A DNA stretch of 64,000 bases, taken from contig CAWETW010000001.1 of the NCBI GenBank assembly GCA_963812155.1, positions 608,001-672,000 on the forward strand, read 5' to 3'. Numbering within the stretch: the first letter of the stretch is position 1; each line of letters opens with the position of its first letter. Positions 20,934-28,686 of the stretch are shown one piece after another. The position numbers were made by a program, and so were the translations under genes. The notes below the pieces were generated by a model that was given only the letters and a program-made list of their open reading frames with translations, was not told the DNA's origin and ran no database searches. The stretch comes from Vulcanimicrobiota bacterium (GTDB lineage Bacteria > Vulcanimicrobiota > Vulcanimicrobiia > Vulcanimicrobiales > Vulcanimicrobiaceae).

Positions 20934-21280
20934 TCAGCGAGGGCGAACGATAATGGCCGTCTGCCCCGCGTCGAGCCAGACGGCACGGGATACGTAAGGG
21001 CTCGTCAGCCAAGCGAACGCGGCGTCGACCTCTTCGCGGGCAACGCCCCGCGTGCTGTTATATGCTGCGAGCCGGGCGTCGAGCAGGCTGCGCGCAACGT
21101 CGCGGGTGAAGTTCGGCGGAGCCCCGTCGCCCATTGCGTGCGCCATGCGCTGCTGCTCTAAGCCGAGTTCGATCAACCACGACGCTACGACCCGCAGCCG
21201 CTTCGGTGCGCCGTGCACCGTCTCCCAGGCGAGATCGCCGAGTGGATCGGCGGCGAAGCCAAGCCGATCGCTTGAGGGCC
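20934..21280 (-). pseudogene. Probable 3' fragment of a hypothetical gene
   Basis: Coding-like frame (DPLGDLAWETVH...AFAWLTSPYV) without a convincing start. Confidence 0.35.
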
Positions 21281-21352
21281 GCGCTGCGCTACACTAACGA
21301 AAGATGTCACTTGTCACGACTAGGTAAACGAGCGTGATGCTAAGATCGAAGC

Positions 21353-21404
21353 GAGGCCTGGCCTGACGTTCCGAGATCCTCATGTAGTGTCGCCAGCCCT
21401 GAGA
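21353..21404 (+). repeat. Island repeat, copy A
   Basis: 38/52 ungapped identity to the reverse complement of 22767-22818. Confidence 0.65.
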
Positions 21405-21490
21405 CCAGGGATAAACGACTAGGGATAACCCTGGTTTGCCGATTGCATGCGCTGACGAGAGTACAGCCGATGACCGATTGCTGGCATTGG

Positions 21491-22048
21491 TTATGTGAGC
21501 AAAGAGGCTGCTTCGTCCTCCAGCATAGCGTACAGGTATGAGCTACGCCAAGTTCCCTTTTGGAAGACGTCACCCTGGAATTCCGCTTCGCGACGCATCC
21601 CTAGCTTTTCTAATACTCGCCACGAAGCCACGTTGCGCACATCGCAGGTAGCCCAAACACGATGCAGTTGTAATACAGAGAACGCTACGTGAAGAACTGC
21701 GCGACTGGCTTCCGTGGCATAGCCTTGGTTCCAGTAGCGCTTATTGAATGCGTATCCAAACATGGCGGTTCGATTCGGTGGATCTAGAATTGTAAGACCA
21801 ACTCCCCCGATCACTCTATGCTCGGCAAGAAGTTCGGCCGCTAGTAGCACTTTATCGCGAGGCCACGTTAGCTGATCGCGCAATCGAGACGACAACAAGT
21901 CGTGTGTCTCGTGTGGCTCGTTTGGTCCCCAGTCAACATACTTTGAAATGGCGGGGTCGCCGCGATACTCATGGATGTCTGCTTCATCGTTAGCGGTAAC
22001 CTCTCGGAGCGTCAGGCGGGTTGTCCTAATCGGAAACCACTTTTCCAC
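21491..22048 (-). CDS. GNAT N-acetyltransferase (RimJ/RimL-type)
   Basis: RTTRLTLRE, YWNQGYATEA, N.ASWRVLEKLGM; GTG start 6 nt after TATACT. Confidence 0.88.
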   Translation of the reverse strand: MEKWFPIRTTRLTLREVTANDEADIHEYRGDPAISKYVDWGPNEPHETHDLLSSRLRDQLTWPRDKVLLAAELLAEHRVIGGVGLTILDPPNRTAMFGYAFNKRYWNQGYATEASRAVLHVAFSVLQLHRVWATCDVRNVASWRVLEKLGMRREAEFQGDVFQKGTWRSSYLYAMLEDEAASLLT

Positions 22049-22094
22049 AACCAAAGTATACGTCGCGTATTTCCAATTACGCAATATAAAGGTT

Positions 22095-22132
22095 GATACT
22101 ACATAAGGCCTCGGAACTTCCGGTTTTCGGCC
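22095..22132 (-). repeat. Island repeat, copy B
   Basis: GGCCGAAAACCGGAAGTTCCGAGGCCTTATGTAGTATC, nearly identical to copy C. Confidence 0.75.
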
Positions 22133-22159
22133 ATATAAGGGGGCTTCCAAGCCTCGGGT

Positions 22160-22672
22160 TTAGGTTTTCTTATCGAGGTTCAGCGCAAGGACCACTCGGC
22201 TACCCAGTTGATCCAATCCTAGCGCTTTCTCGCGTTCGCGAAGCCTTTTTAGTCCGGTCGTCAATTTCGGTAGAGGATTGAACCCCCGCTTCAGATAGAA
22301 CGGAGCATTCCATGTAATGTGAGCAAACGTAATCAACGTCAAACGAGCGTACCCACACTCTCGTGCTGCTTCAATGACGTGGCACAAAAGTTCGCTTCCC
22401 ACGCCTTTCCCCGTATGCTTGGGAACCACCGACATCTGCTCCAAGTGGAATTCTCCATCGATTTCGATGGCACGAACGAATCCGACTGGCGGATCACCGG
22501 CGACAAGCGTGAAGAGCGATCGTCGATACGTTTCTTCATCTGCTGGCGAAGGTAACGGACCTATACCCTGCTGCCGAAACAGTTCATCGGCAGCATATTC
22601 GATTGCAGGAAGTAGTGCTATGTCCGCATCCAGTGCCTTGCGGATTGCGTAGCGCTTAGATGAGGCGGCCAT
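22160..22672 (-). CDS. GNAT N-acetyltransferase
   Basis: HLEQMSV.P.H.GKGVG, LTL.TF....WNAPFY..RGF. Confidence 0.88.
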   Translation of the reverse strand: MAASSKRYAIRKALDADIALLPAIEYAADELFRQQGIGPLPSPADEETYRRSLFTLVAGDPPVGFVRAIEIDGEFHLEQMSVVPKHTGKGVGSELLCHVIEAARECGYARLTLITFAHITWNAPFYLKRGFNPLPKLTTGLKRLREREKALGLDQLGSRVVLALNLDKKT

Positions 22673-22766
22673 CAGATGGCCGAGGTTCTGACTGATTCGT
22701 CAGTCTTCCGCCATCCTGCTGGTAGATCAGGTTACCAATCCTGGCTTTCTGGTTATCGATCCGCAA

Positions 22767-22868
22767 TCTCCGGGCTGACGATACTACACAAGGGCTTCGG
22801 AACTTCCGGTTCGGCCCCTGAGACCTCGCGTCTTATGCGAGTTCCGTCCATGTAACATCGATCTGCAG
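22767..22868 (-). repeat. Island repeat copy C plus 3' stub of a DUF4760-like paralogue
   Basis: The reverse complement of 22813-22868 matches 15952-16006 (49/56) and encodes LQIDVTWTELA*; the repeat follows. Confidence 0.8.
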
Positions 22869-23032
22869 GCAGCGCTGCCGACGCTCGTCAACTGGTTCCC
22901 GCGGATCCTTCTGCTCCGAGTTTTCTTCGCGTATTTCGCCTATGCCGCTAAAGCTGAAAGCGAACCATGATAAAGCAGTTCCCGAAGGAGTATCCAGCGT
23001 ACGTCAGCCGAACGAAAATGCTCGTCCCGTTT

Positions 23033-23896
23033 CTACTGTAAAAGCGACGCGCTCGGAACGCTCTCAGACGGCCTCCGAACCGCGGAAACCTTGACCACCT
23101 GGTCGAAGCCTTTGAGCCTTACATGGCCGAGGTCTTGGAACGCCAAGCTTTTTCCGATGCACAATTCTGCAACCACGTTCGACACCAGACTCTGTTCGGG
23201 CTGAGCGTGCGAACAAAGCCTCGACGCGAGTTGAACCGTCGATCCGAATAGATCGCGATTACTTTCCACCGGCTCTCCGGCAGCCGCGCCGATTCGAACT
23301 TTCACACAGCAGTCGTCGTTTTCCCACGTATGTTCCGCTAGCGTTTGATGAATGGTATTCGCACATCGAACGGCTGATGCAGCCGACAAAAACGCTGCCA
23401 TTACGCCATCGCCCGTGTGCTTGACTTCACGGCCTCCGAACGATTCCAGAGCACTTCGCACGATTTCGTCGTGAACCCTAAGTAACGCCATACCAGCGTC
23501 ATCACCAAGGCGTTGAGTCATCGACGTCGATCCGACAACGTCCGTAAACAGAATCGTTCTTATTCCGGAATCGTGCTCGTTCCCGGCGTTGCCGGGCACA
23601 AGGGCCGCACCGTCCGAATTCACTTCACTTCCGCCTAGAAAGCCTTCCGCGACCTCGGGTGCGACCTCGATGATCTTCACGGCGACGAGACCGTGCGCCT
23701 CGCGATGCACGCTCATGGCTGCCTCGGGATCCGGCGCGGTGCAAAGGCAGAACACCTTGCCTTGGGCTTCATTGAGCCAATACTTGTGATAAACCACCCC
23801 GTACTTGCCCTGAGTCGCAACATCTGCCGCATGCGCGACGCCAACCGCTTGTGCGGTAACTCCCGGAATCTCGTGGATATCCATGTACGTGGGCAC
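23033..23896 (-). CDS. DUF4242 (SCO4226-like) domain fused to class III adenylate/guanylate cyclase
   Basis: MPTYMDIH...AH.AD...YW......FCL..AP......VHREAHG; ILFTDVVGST, VKHTGDG, DLFGSTVQLASRL. Confidence 0.85.
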   Translation of the reverse strand: MPTYMDIHEIPGVTAQAVGVAHAADVATQGKYGVVYHKYWLNEAQGKVFCLCTAPDPEAAMSVHREAHGLVAVKIIEVAPEVAEGFLGGSEVNSDGAALVPGNAGNEHDSGIRTILFTDVVGSTSMTQRLGDDAGMALLRVHDEIVRSALESFGGREVKHTGDGVMAAFLSAASAVRCANTIHQTLAEHTWENDDCCVKVRIGAAAGEPVESNRDLFGSTVQLASRLCSHAQPEQSLVSNVVAELCIGKSLAFQDLGHVRLKGFDQVVKVSAVRRPSESVPSASLLQ

Positions 23897-23918
23897 GCCG
23901 CGGTCCGTGTCTTGGAGT

Positions 23919-24434
23919 CTAAGCCGGAGGGCCGGCGGAAACGGATATCTCGGGCGGTTGTCGGAGCGTCTGATACACGACGCAATATCGTTCGGTTAGG
24001 CGAATCAGTGTGCTGATCTGCTCCTCGGATGCGTCGGTGTCCAGTGCGAACCCAAGCCGAATTCGGCTAAATCCGACCGGTGCATCTTTGGCTACTCCGA
24101 GGGTTCCTCTGAAGTCAAGATCGCCGTCAGCTTTAACCACGGCATCTCGAATGTCGACTCCTATTGCGGTGGCCACGGCGCTGAGCGTAACTCCGGCGCA
24201 TGCGACAAGCGCCTCGAGCAACATGTCTCCGGAGCAAGCGCTCAAACCGCTTCCGCCCGTAGCGGGATGTAACCCCGCTTCGATGAGCGCCTTCCCGGTT
24301 TGAACGTTGCACGTAATGCCTTCGCCGAGACGGCCTTCGGCTTTCAGCGTGATTAACGCGGCATCTGGCTTCGCTTTGTATTGCTCTTTTATCGGCGCTT
24401 GAATCGCCCGCAGTTCTTCAGCGTTGATAGCCAT
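23919..24434 (-). CDS. OsmC/Ohr-like protein
   Basis: AGLHPATGG, CSGDMLLEALVACAGVT, GDLDFRG, TERYCVV; SD AGGAG. Confidence 0.88.
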   Translation of the reverse strand: MAINAEELRAIQAPIKEQYKAKPDAALITLKAEGRLGEGITCNVQTGKALIEAGLHPATGGSGLSACSGDMLLEALVACAGVTLSAVATAIGVDIRDAVVKADGDLDFRGTLGVAKDAPVGFSRIRLGFALDTDASEEQISTLIRLTERYCVVYQTLRQPPEISVSAGPPA

Positions 24435-24491
24435 ATGCTCCTATACTCGCAAATGCAGGTGTGCGCCCGTTTTCTAAGCCCCGGGCGATTG

Positions 24492-24764
24492 TCATGGATT
24501 TGCGAGGCCACCTGGCAAACTCCTGGAATCGATAGCGGGCGGCGACGCAACGAAGGGCAACACAGTCTTGCTTTCTGCAGCAAAGGCATCAAGTGTTGCG
24601 TTCAATAAAGGAGCAGCCTGCTTCGGGTCAATCTTCACCTTCATAACGCTGACGATCCGCTTATCATATTTTCCCGCAGTGCGATCATCGATCAAAACCA
24701 TTTCAGCCGAGTCCCCTCTCGAATGCACTATCGGCGCTACGCCTTCAAAAAGGTGGAACCGCAT
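24492..24764 (-). other. Possible hypothetical gene or fragment
   Basis: 90-codon ORF in the island; no recognisable motif. Confidence 0.25.
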
Positions 24765-25081
24765 ATCGCGGATCGCTCACCATTTGCGGTGTCTTCATCA
24801 GTAAGGGGCGCGGCCAATCCGAAAGGCTCATCAAGTTCGCAGATTTTGAAAACGTGAACAATGTGCCGTGCGAGCTTAAAGCAAGTAGCTGTGAGCCTGG
24901 AGTCCACCTATTCTAGGCTAAAGCATACGCCTAGTCGCTGTTTTAAATCTGTACGTAATCGCACCCCGAGAGGTTTGCTTTGCCGCTGGTTAGGGGAATC
25001 GCGGACAAGATAAGGACCATACACTTGGCCCGGACGCGATAGCGGGCGCCATTTGCAAAGGGACGTCGCACCTCACGCCGC

Positions 25082-25753
25082 CTAGATGACTGGGGCGGTA
25101 ATGGCTGTAATTCCCGCGCCGTTCCAATGCGCGAAGAGCGGCTTGATCGGATGGCAGCGTGAAACGCGCGGCGGTTTGAAGATGGCAGCGCACTCGCCGG
25201 ACGGGTCTCTAACGCTGCGGTATACGATACCATCGCTGCCGGCGGCGTGCAGACGGACGCCGAGGGGCTGCGATTTTTCGTAGCTGACGGGGCTGTACCA
25301 GCCGCGATTGTCGCTTGCGCGGATATCGGTGAAGTCGCCGCGCACTGAGGCCTCGTACAGCATCAGTTCGAGCATCTGCGGCGCTTCATGGGAAGCGCGC
25401 ATGAAGCGTTCGCGATGGTAGCGGACTTCGGCTATCGCCGTCGGCAATGTGTGGCCGGCGTAGAACGCACCGAATGTCGGGTCGCAAAAGCGTGACCCTT
25501 CGGGATTCGGGTGGGCGAACGGCGCCATGATCACGGTTGCGCCCGGCCCGATGACGCGCTCGGCCGGTGCAATCGAAGCGATCGCGCCGAGTTGCTCGCG
25601 TAGACGCGGATTTGTGCGCGCGTCGAGTTCGAGCAGTGCGTCGAGTTCCGACTCGTCGACGAGGCGGTCGAGGATTCCAACACTGGGGAACCGAGTCGAA
25701 ATGATTCTCTTCGCCGCACGCCAGTGGACGCGCGAGGTTGGAATGGATGACAC
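25082..25753 (-). CDS. RES-domain toxin (NAD+ phosphorylase family)
   Basis: RII..RFP, GSRF, FYA, TAIAE, Y..SQ, GI.Y.SVR; GTG start just after the antitoxin stop. Confidence 0.88.
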   Translation of the reverse strand: MSSIPTSRVHWRAAKRIISTRFPSVGILDRLVDESELDALLELDARTNPRLREQLGAIASIAPAERVIGPGATVIMAPFAHPNPEGSRFCDPTFGAFYAGHTLPTAIAEVRYHRERFMRASHEAPQMLELMLYEASVRGDFTDIRASDNRGWYSPVSYEKSQPLGVRLHAAGSDGIVYRSVRDPSGECAAIFKPPRVSRCHPIKPLFAHWNGAGITAITAPVI

Positions 25754-25754
25754 C

Positions 25755-26153
25755 TTAGCCGCGTTCGGCGTCGAGGTATGCGCGAACGACGTGCAAATCG
25801 TGCATCGTGCCGGAGAGCATGCGTTTGAGTGGTGCGTGGCCGGCAAACAGCGGCGTATCGTTTGCGCGGTGGATCCACGAGTCGGCGGCGTTGTCGTCGG
25901 GGAGCAGAATATGCAGCGCCTTGTAGATTCCAGTGAGGTACGAGATGCGATCGAGCGTGTCGTGCGAGAGGTTGGCGCGTTGCGGCTGGCTCTTCCACTT
26001 GTACAGCGTCGACAGTTGGGTGTCGTCGAGGCCGAGGAGTTTCGCTTGCTGAGCGCCCGTCAGGTGCCAGATCTCGGCGAGCCGCGTGAAGGCACGGACC
26101 GCCGTCGGTGCGAGGTCGCGCCGGGAGAGGGTGGAGACGGCGGGGGCGTCCAT
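25755..26153 (-). CDS. Xre/MbcA/ParS-type antitoxin
   Basis: HTH (W.LT......LLG, TLYKWK), DRISYL.GIYKAL..L, W....N....F.G..PL. Confidence 0.88.
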   Translation of the reverse strand: MDAPAVSTLSRRDLAPTAVRAFTRLAEIWHLTGAQQAKLLGLDDTQLSTLYKWKSQPQRANLSHDTLDRISYLTGIYKALHILLPDDNAADSWIHRANDTPLFAGHAPLKRMLSGTMHDLHVVRAYLDAERG

Positions 26154-26159
26154 GGGTGT

Positions 26160-26189
26160 AGGTTACTCCAGATATGGAGTATGAGTCAA
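26160..26189 (-). promoter_or_regulatory. TA operon promoter with palindromic operator (leaderless)
   Basis: TTGACT-18-TAACCT-6 nt-ATG; perfect-arm inverted repeat TACTCCA-4-TGGAGTA (26164-26181). Confidence 0.7.
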
Positions 26190-26210
26190 GATTTCTCTTA
26201 AATTGGAGCC

Positions 26211-26343
26211 GTCCTTCGACTGCGCGCCTGAGGGCGCTCCGCTCAGGATGACACCAAGAGAGGGCGCCTTCGCTCAGGATGACACCGAGGAGGCCGGCGG
26301 TCCTTCGACTGCGGCGCTACGCGCCTTCGCTCAGGATGACACC
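26211..26343 (+). repeat. Cluster of REP-like elements (two full, one half)
   Basis: GTCCTTCGACTGCG-hairpin-CGCTCAGGATGACACC; the last copy overlaps the hutH 3' end. Confidence 0.85.
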
Positions 26344-27861
26344 GGCAGCGTCGACCAGCTCGCCGGAACGGATGAGGGTGCGGGCGGAGGCGATGTCGGG
26401 GGCGGGGGCGCGGTCTTCGGTCCAGGGCGCGATCGTTTGGCGCGCGAGATCGTGGGCGGCATGCGTGCCGGCGCCCGAACGCAGCGGTCGCCGCAGATCG
26501 GTCGCGGCGAGCGCGCCCAACAGTTCGCACGCCAGCGCGCCTTCCACGTTGTCGAGCACGCGCTCGAGGTTGTTGGCCGACGTCATCCCCATGCTGACGT
26601 GATCTTCTTGCCCTGCCGACGTCGGGATCGAATCGACGCTCGATGGCCACGCCAGCCCCTTATTGTCGTTGACGAGCGCCGCGGCCGTGTACTGCACGAT
26701 CATCAGCCCCGACTGCAGCCCCGAGCGCCCGGTCAGGAAGAGCGGCAGCCCGCGATCCTCGGCGTTGAGCAGCAGGTAGAGCCGCCGTTCGCCGATCGAC
26801 GCGAGTTCGGAGATCGCAAACTTCAGAAAGTCGATGGCGACGGCGATCGGTTCGCCGTGGAAGTTGCCGCCGGACAGAAACTCACCATCGTCGGGAAACA
26901 CCAACGGGTTGTCGGTCACCGAGTTCGCCTCGATCTCGGTCACCCGCCGCACGTGGGCGATCGAGTCGCGCACCGCGCCGTGCACCACCGGGATGCAGCG
27001 GAACGAGTACGGATCTTGCACCCGTCCGCACTCGGCGTGCGATTCCACGATCTGCGATCCGGCCAGCAGCGCCCGCAGATTCTTGGCGACACGCATCTGC
27101 CCCGGATGCGGGCGCAGTTCGTTGAGCCGCCGGTCGAAGACGCGCTCGCTGCCGTGAAACGCCTCGAGCGACATCGCGCCGATAACGTCGGCCGCCGCCG
27201 CGAGCCGCTCCGCGCGCAAGACGCCGAGCCCGCCGATCGCCGTCATCATCTGCGTGCCGTTGATCAGCGCCAGCCCTTCTTTTGCGCCGAGCGTTACGGG
27301 CGTCAGTCCGGCTCGGCTCAATGCGTCGGAGCTCGACAGCCGCTCGCCCTGAAAAAACGCCTCGCCCTCGCCGATCAGCGTCAGCGTCATGTGCGCGAGC
27401 GGAGCGAGGTCGCCGCTGGCGCCGACCGATCCCTGGCACGGCACCACCGGCGTCACGCCCCGATTGAGCAACTCGACGATGAGGTCGAGCGTCTCCGGCT
27501 TGATGCCGGAATGGCCGGCCGAAAGCGAATTCGCGCGCAACACGCCGGCCGCGCGCACGAGCCGCGCGTCGAGCGGCGCGCCAGTGCCGGCGGCGTGGCT
27601 GCGCACGAGGTTGAGTTGCAGCAGCCCGGCGTCGGCGGGCGCGACCGGCACGTTGGCGAGCCGGCCGAAGCCGGTCGTGACGCCGTAGATCGCGTCGCCG
27701 GATGCGAACCGCTCTTCGACGAACGCGCGTGCCCGTTCGACGCGTTTGCGCGCCTGCGCCCCGATTCGAACCGGTGCGCCGCCGGCCGCCGCTTCGAGCG
27801 CTTCGAGCGTCAGGCTGCGGCCGTCGAGTTCGACGGGTTCGGCGGAGCGTTCGGCGTGCAC
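26317..27861 (-). CDS. hutH: Histidine ammonia-lyase
   Basis: YGVTTGFG, NLVRSHAAG, MIO motif GSVGASGDLAPL, KEGLALINGT, QDPYSFRC, GGNFHG, QEDHVSMG. Confidence 0.95.
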   Translation of the reverse strand: MHAERSAEPVELDGRSLTLEALEAAAGGAPVRIGAQARKRVERARAFVEERFASGDAIYGVTTGFGRLANVPVAPADAGLLQLNLVRSHAAGTGAPLDARLVRAAGVLRANSLSAGHSGIKPETLDLIVELLNRGVTPVVPCQGSVGASGDLAPLAHMTLTLIGEGEAFFQGERLSSSDALSRAGLTPVTLGAKEGLALINGTQMMTAIGGLGVLRAERLAAAADVIGAMSLEAFHGSERVFDRRLNELRPHPGQMRVAKNLRALLAGSQIVESHAECGRVQDPYSFRCIPVVHGAVRDSIAHVRRVTEIEANSVTDNPLVFPDDGEFLSGGNFHGEPIAVAIDFLKFAISELASIGERRLYLLLNAEDRGLPLFLTGRSGLQSGLMIVQYTAAALVNDNKGLAWPSSVDSIPTSAGQEDHVSMGMTSANNLERVLDNVEGALACELLGALAATDLRRPLRSGAGTHAAHDLARQTIAPWTEDRAPAPDIASARTLIRSGELVDAAGVILSEGA

Positions 27862-27863
27862 GC

Positions 27864-28343
27864 TTACATCTTCGTCCAGTCGGAGGCGGCAGGCCTCGCG
27901 AACGGCGGCCCGGCTTGAATCACGATGCTCTCGTGGTCGCGCAGGACGATCGAGCGCGGATCGGCGCCGTGCCACGCCTTCCCGTTCACCCAAATCGACA
28001 GCCGGCTGCCATGTTTGGCGACCGCGGCGGCGGCGCGCGTCCAACTCAACTCGGCGCCCCAGATGTCGAAGAACTGCCCGAGGGTGAAGGTCCGCGTCAC
28101 CGGCGATTCGATGTGGATGTAGCCGTCGCCCGAGTGCGTGTGAATCCAGTAGAGGCAGTTTTGCACTTGTGAAATTCCGACGCCCTGCGGTATCGCGACG
28201 GCGTTGCCGTGATTGAAAATCTGCAGGTGTGCGTGGACGTGCTCGACGGCGCCTTCGGCCGAGTTGCACTGCACGCCGTCGATCGGCAATCCGCCGAAAA
28301 GGGTCTGCGCGACGACGAGCAATGCGAAGATAAAAGCCAACAT
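27864..28343 (-). CDS. Exported His-motif hypothetical protein
   Basis: Signal peptide; HVHAHL, CLYWIHTH..DG.IHIES, TLGQFFDIWG. Confidence 0.7.
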   Translation of the reverse strand: MLAFIFALLVVAQTLFGGLPIDGVQCNSAEGAVEHVHAHLQIFNHGNAVAIPQGVGISQVQNCLYWIHTHSGDGYIHIESPVTRTFTLGQFFDIWGAELSWTRAAAAVAKHGSRLSIWVNGKAWHGADPRSIVLRDHESIVIQAGPPFARPAASDWTKM

Positions 28344-28366
28344 GCAAGCGCGTGTTCGCCGTGCGC

Positions 28367-28428
28367 CGTGGATAACCCGACCGTTGCCGGTGCATAACGA
28401 AAAAAAGTTGTGGAGAGCTTGTGAATTA
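28367..28428 (-). promoter_or_regulatory. Cluster of four DnaA-box-like 9-mers
   Basis: Reverse complements TTATCCACG, TTATGCACC, CTCTCCACA and TAATTCACA versus TTATCCACA. Confidence 0.4.
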
Positions 28429-28442
28429 TGTCGAGCGCACGC

Positions 28443-28471
28443 TTGTCGTGGGAATAGCTGCGTGCTATGAT
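28443..28471 (+). promoter_or_regulatory. sigma70-type promoter with extended -10
   Basis: TTGTCG-17-TATGAT, preceded by TG. Confidence 0.7.
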
Positions 28472-28477
28472 GCACGA

Positions 28478-28686
28478 ACTTCGACGTTCAGTTCGAAGCG
28501 CGACACACGTATCGGTCGCGATCGGAAGTACACGTGGACGTTGCGATGAGCGACGTTCCGAGAAGCCGATCAAACCGCCGATCGACGTCGGTGAGGTTCT
28601 CCCACCCGAGAACCAAACAGGCGAGTACGGTGAGTGAATACGTCGGAACCCGCAGGGGGCTTTGCCCTCAGCGGGTTTCGTTATTT
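28478..28686 (+). ncRNA. Candidate small RNA, 6S-like rod fold
   Basis: Own promoter and terminator and no credible ORF. 5' TTCGACGT-TCA pairs with 3' TGA-AT-ACGTCGGA. Nested stems ATCGG/CCGAT, GATCGG/CCGATC and GGACGTTGC/GCGACGTTC; side hairpin GGTTCTC/GAGAACC. Confidence 0.55.
28646..28686 (+). terminator. Terminator hairpin (possibly bidirectional)
   Basis: GAACCCGCAGGGGGC-TTT-GCCCTCAGCGGGTTTC then GTTATTT; abuts the WYL gene stop. Confidence 0.6.

Noticed and set aside
26203..27918. Long antisense ORFs here and opposite pccB, clpC, the mutase and the S53 genes
   Set aside because: Shadow frames expected from high GC3; no recognisable motifs.
28367..28440. Replication origin
   Set aside because: Only four imperfect boxes, no AT-rich unwinding element, and no dnaA/dnaN nearby.
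28475..28495. LexA SOS box (CGAAC...GTTC)
   Set aside because: Half-sites are spaced 6 or 11 nt rather than the canonical 4.
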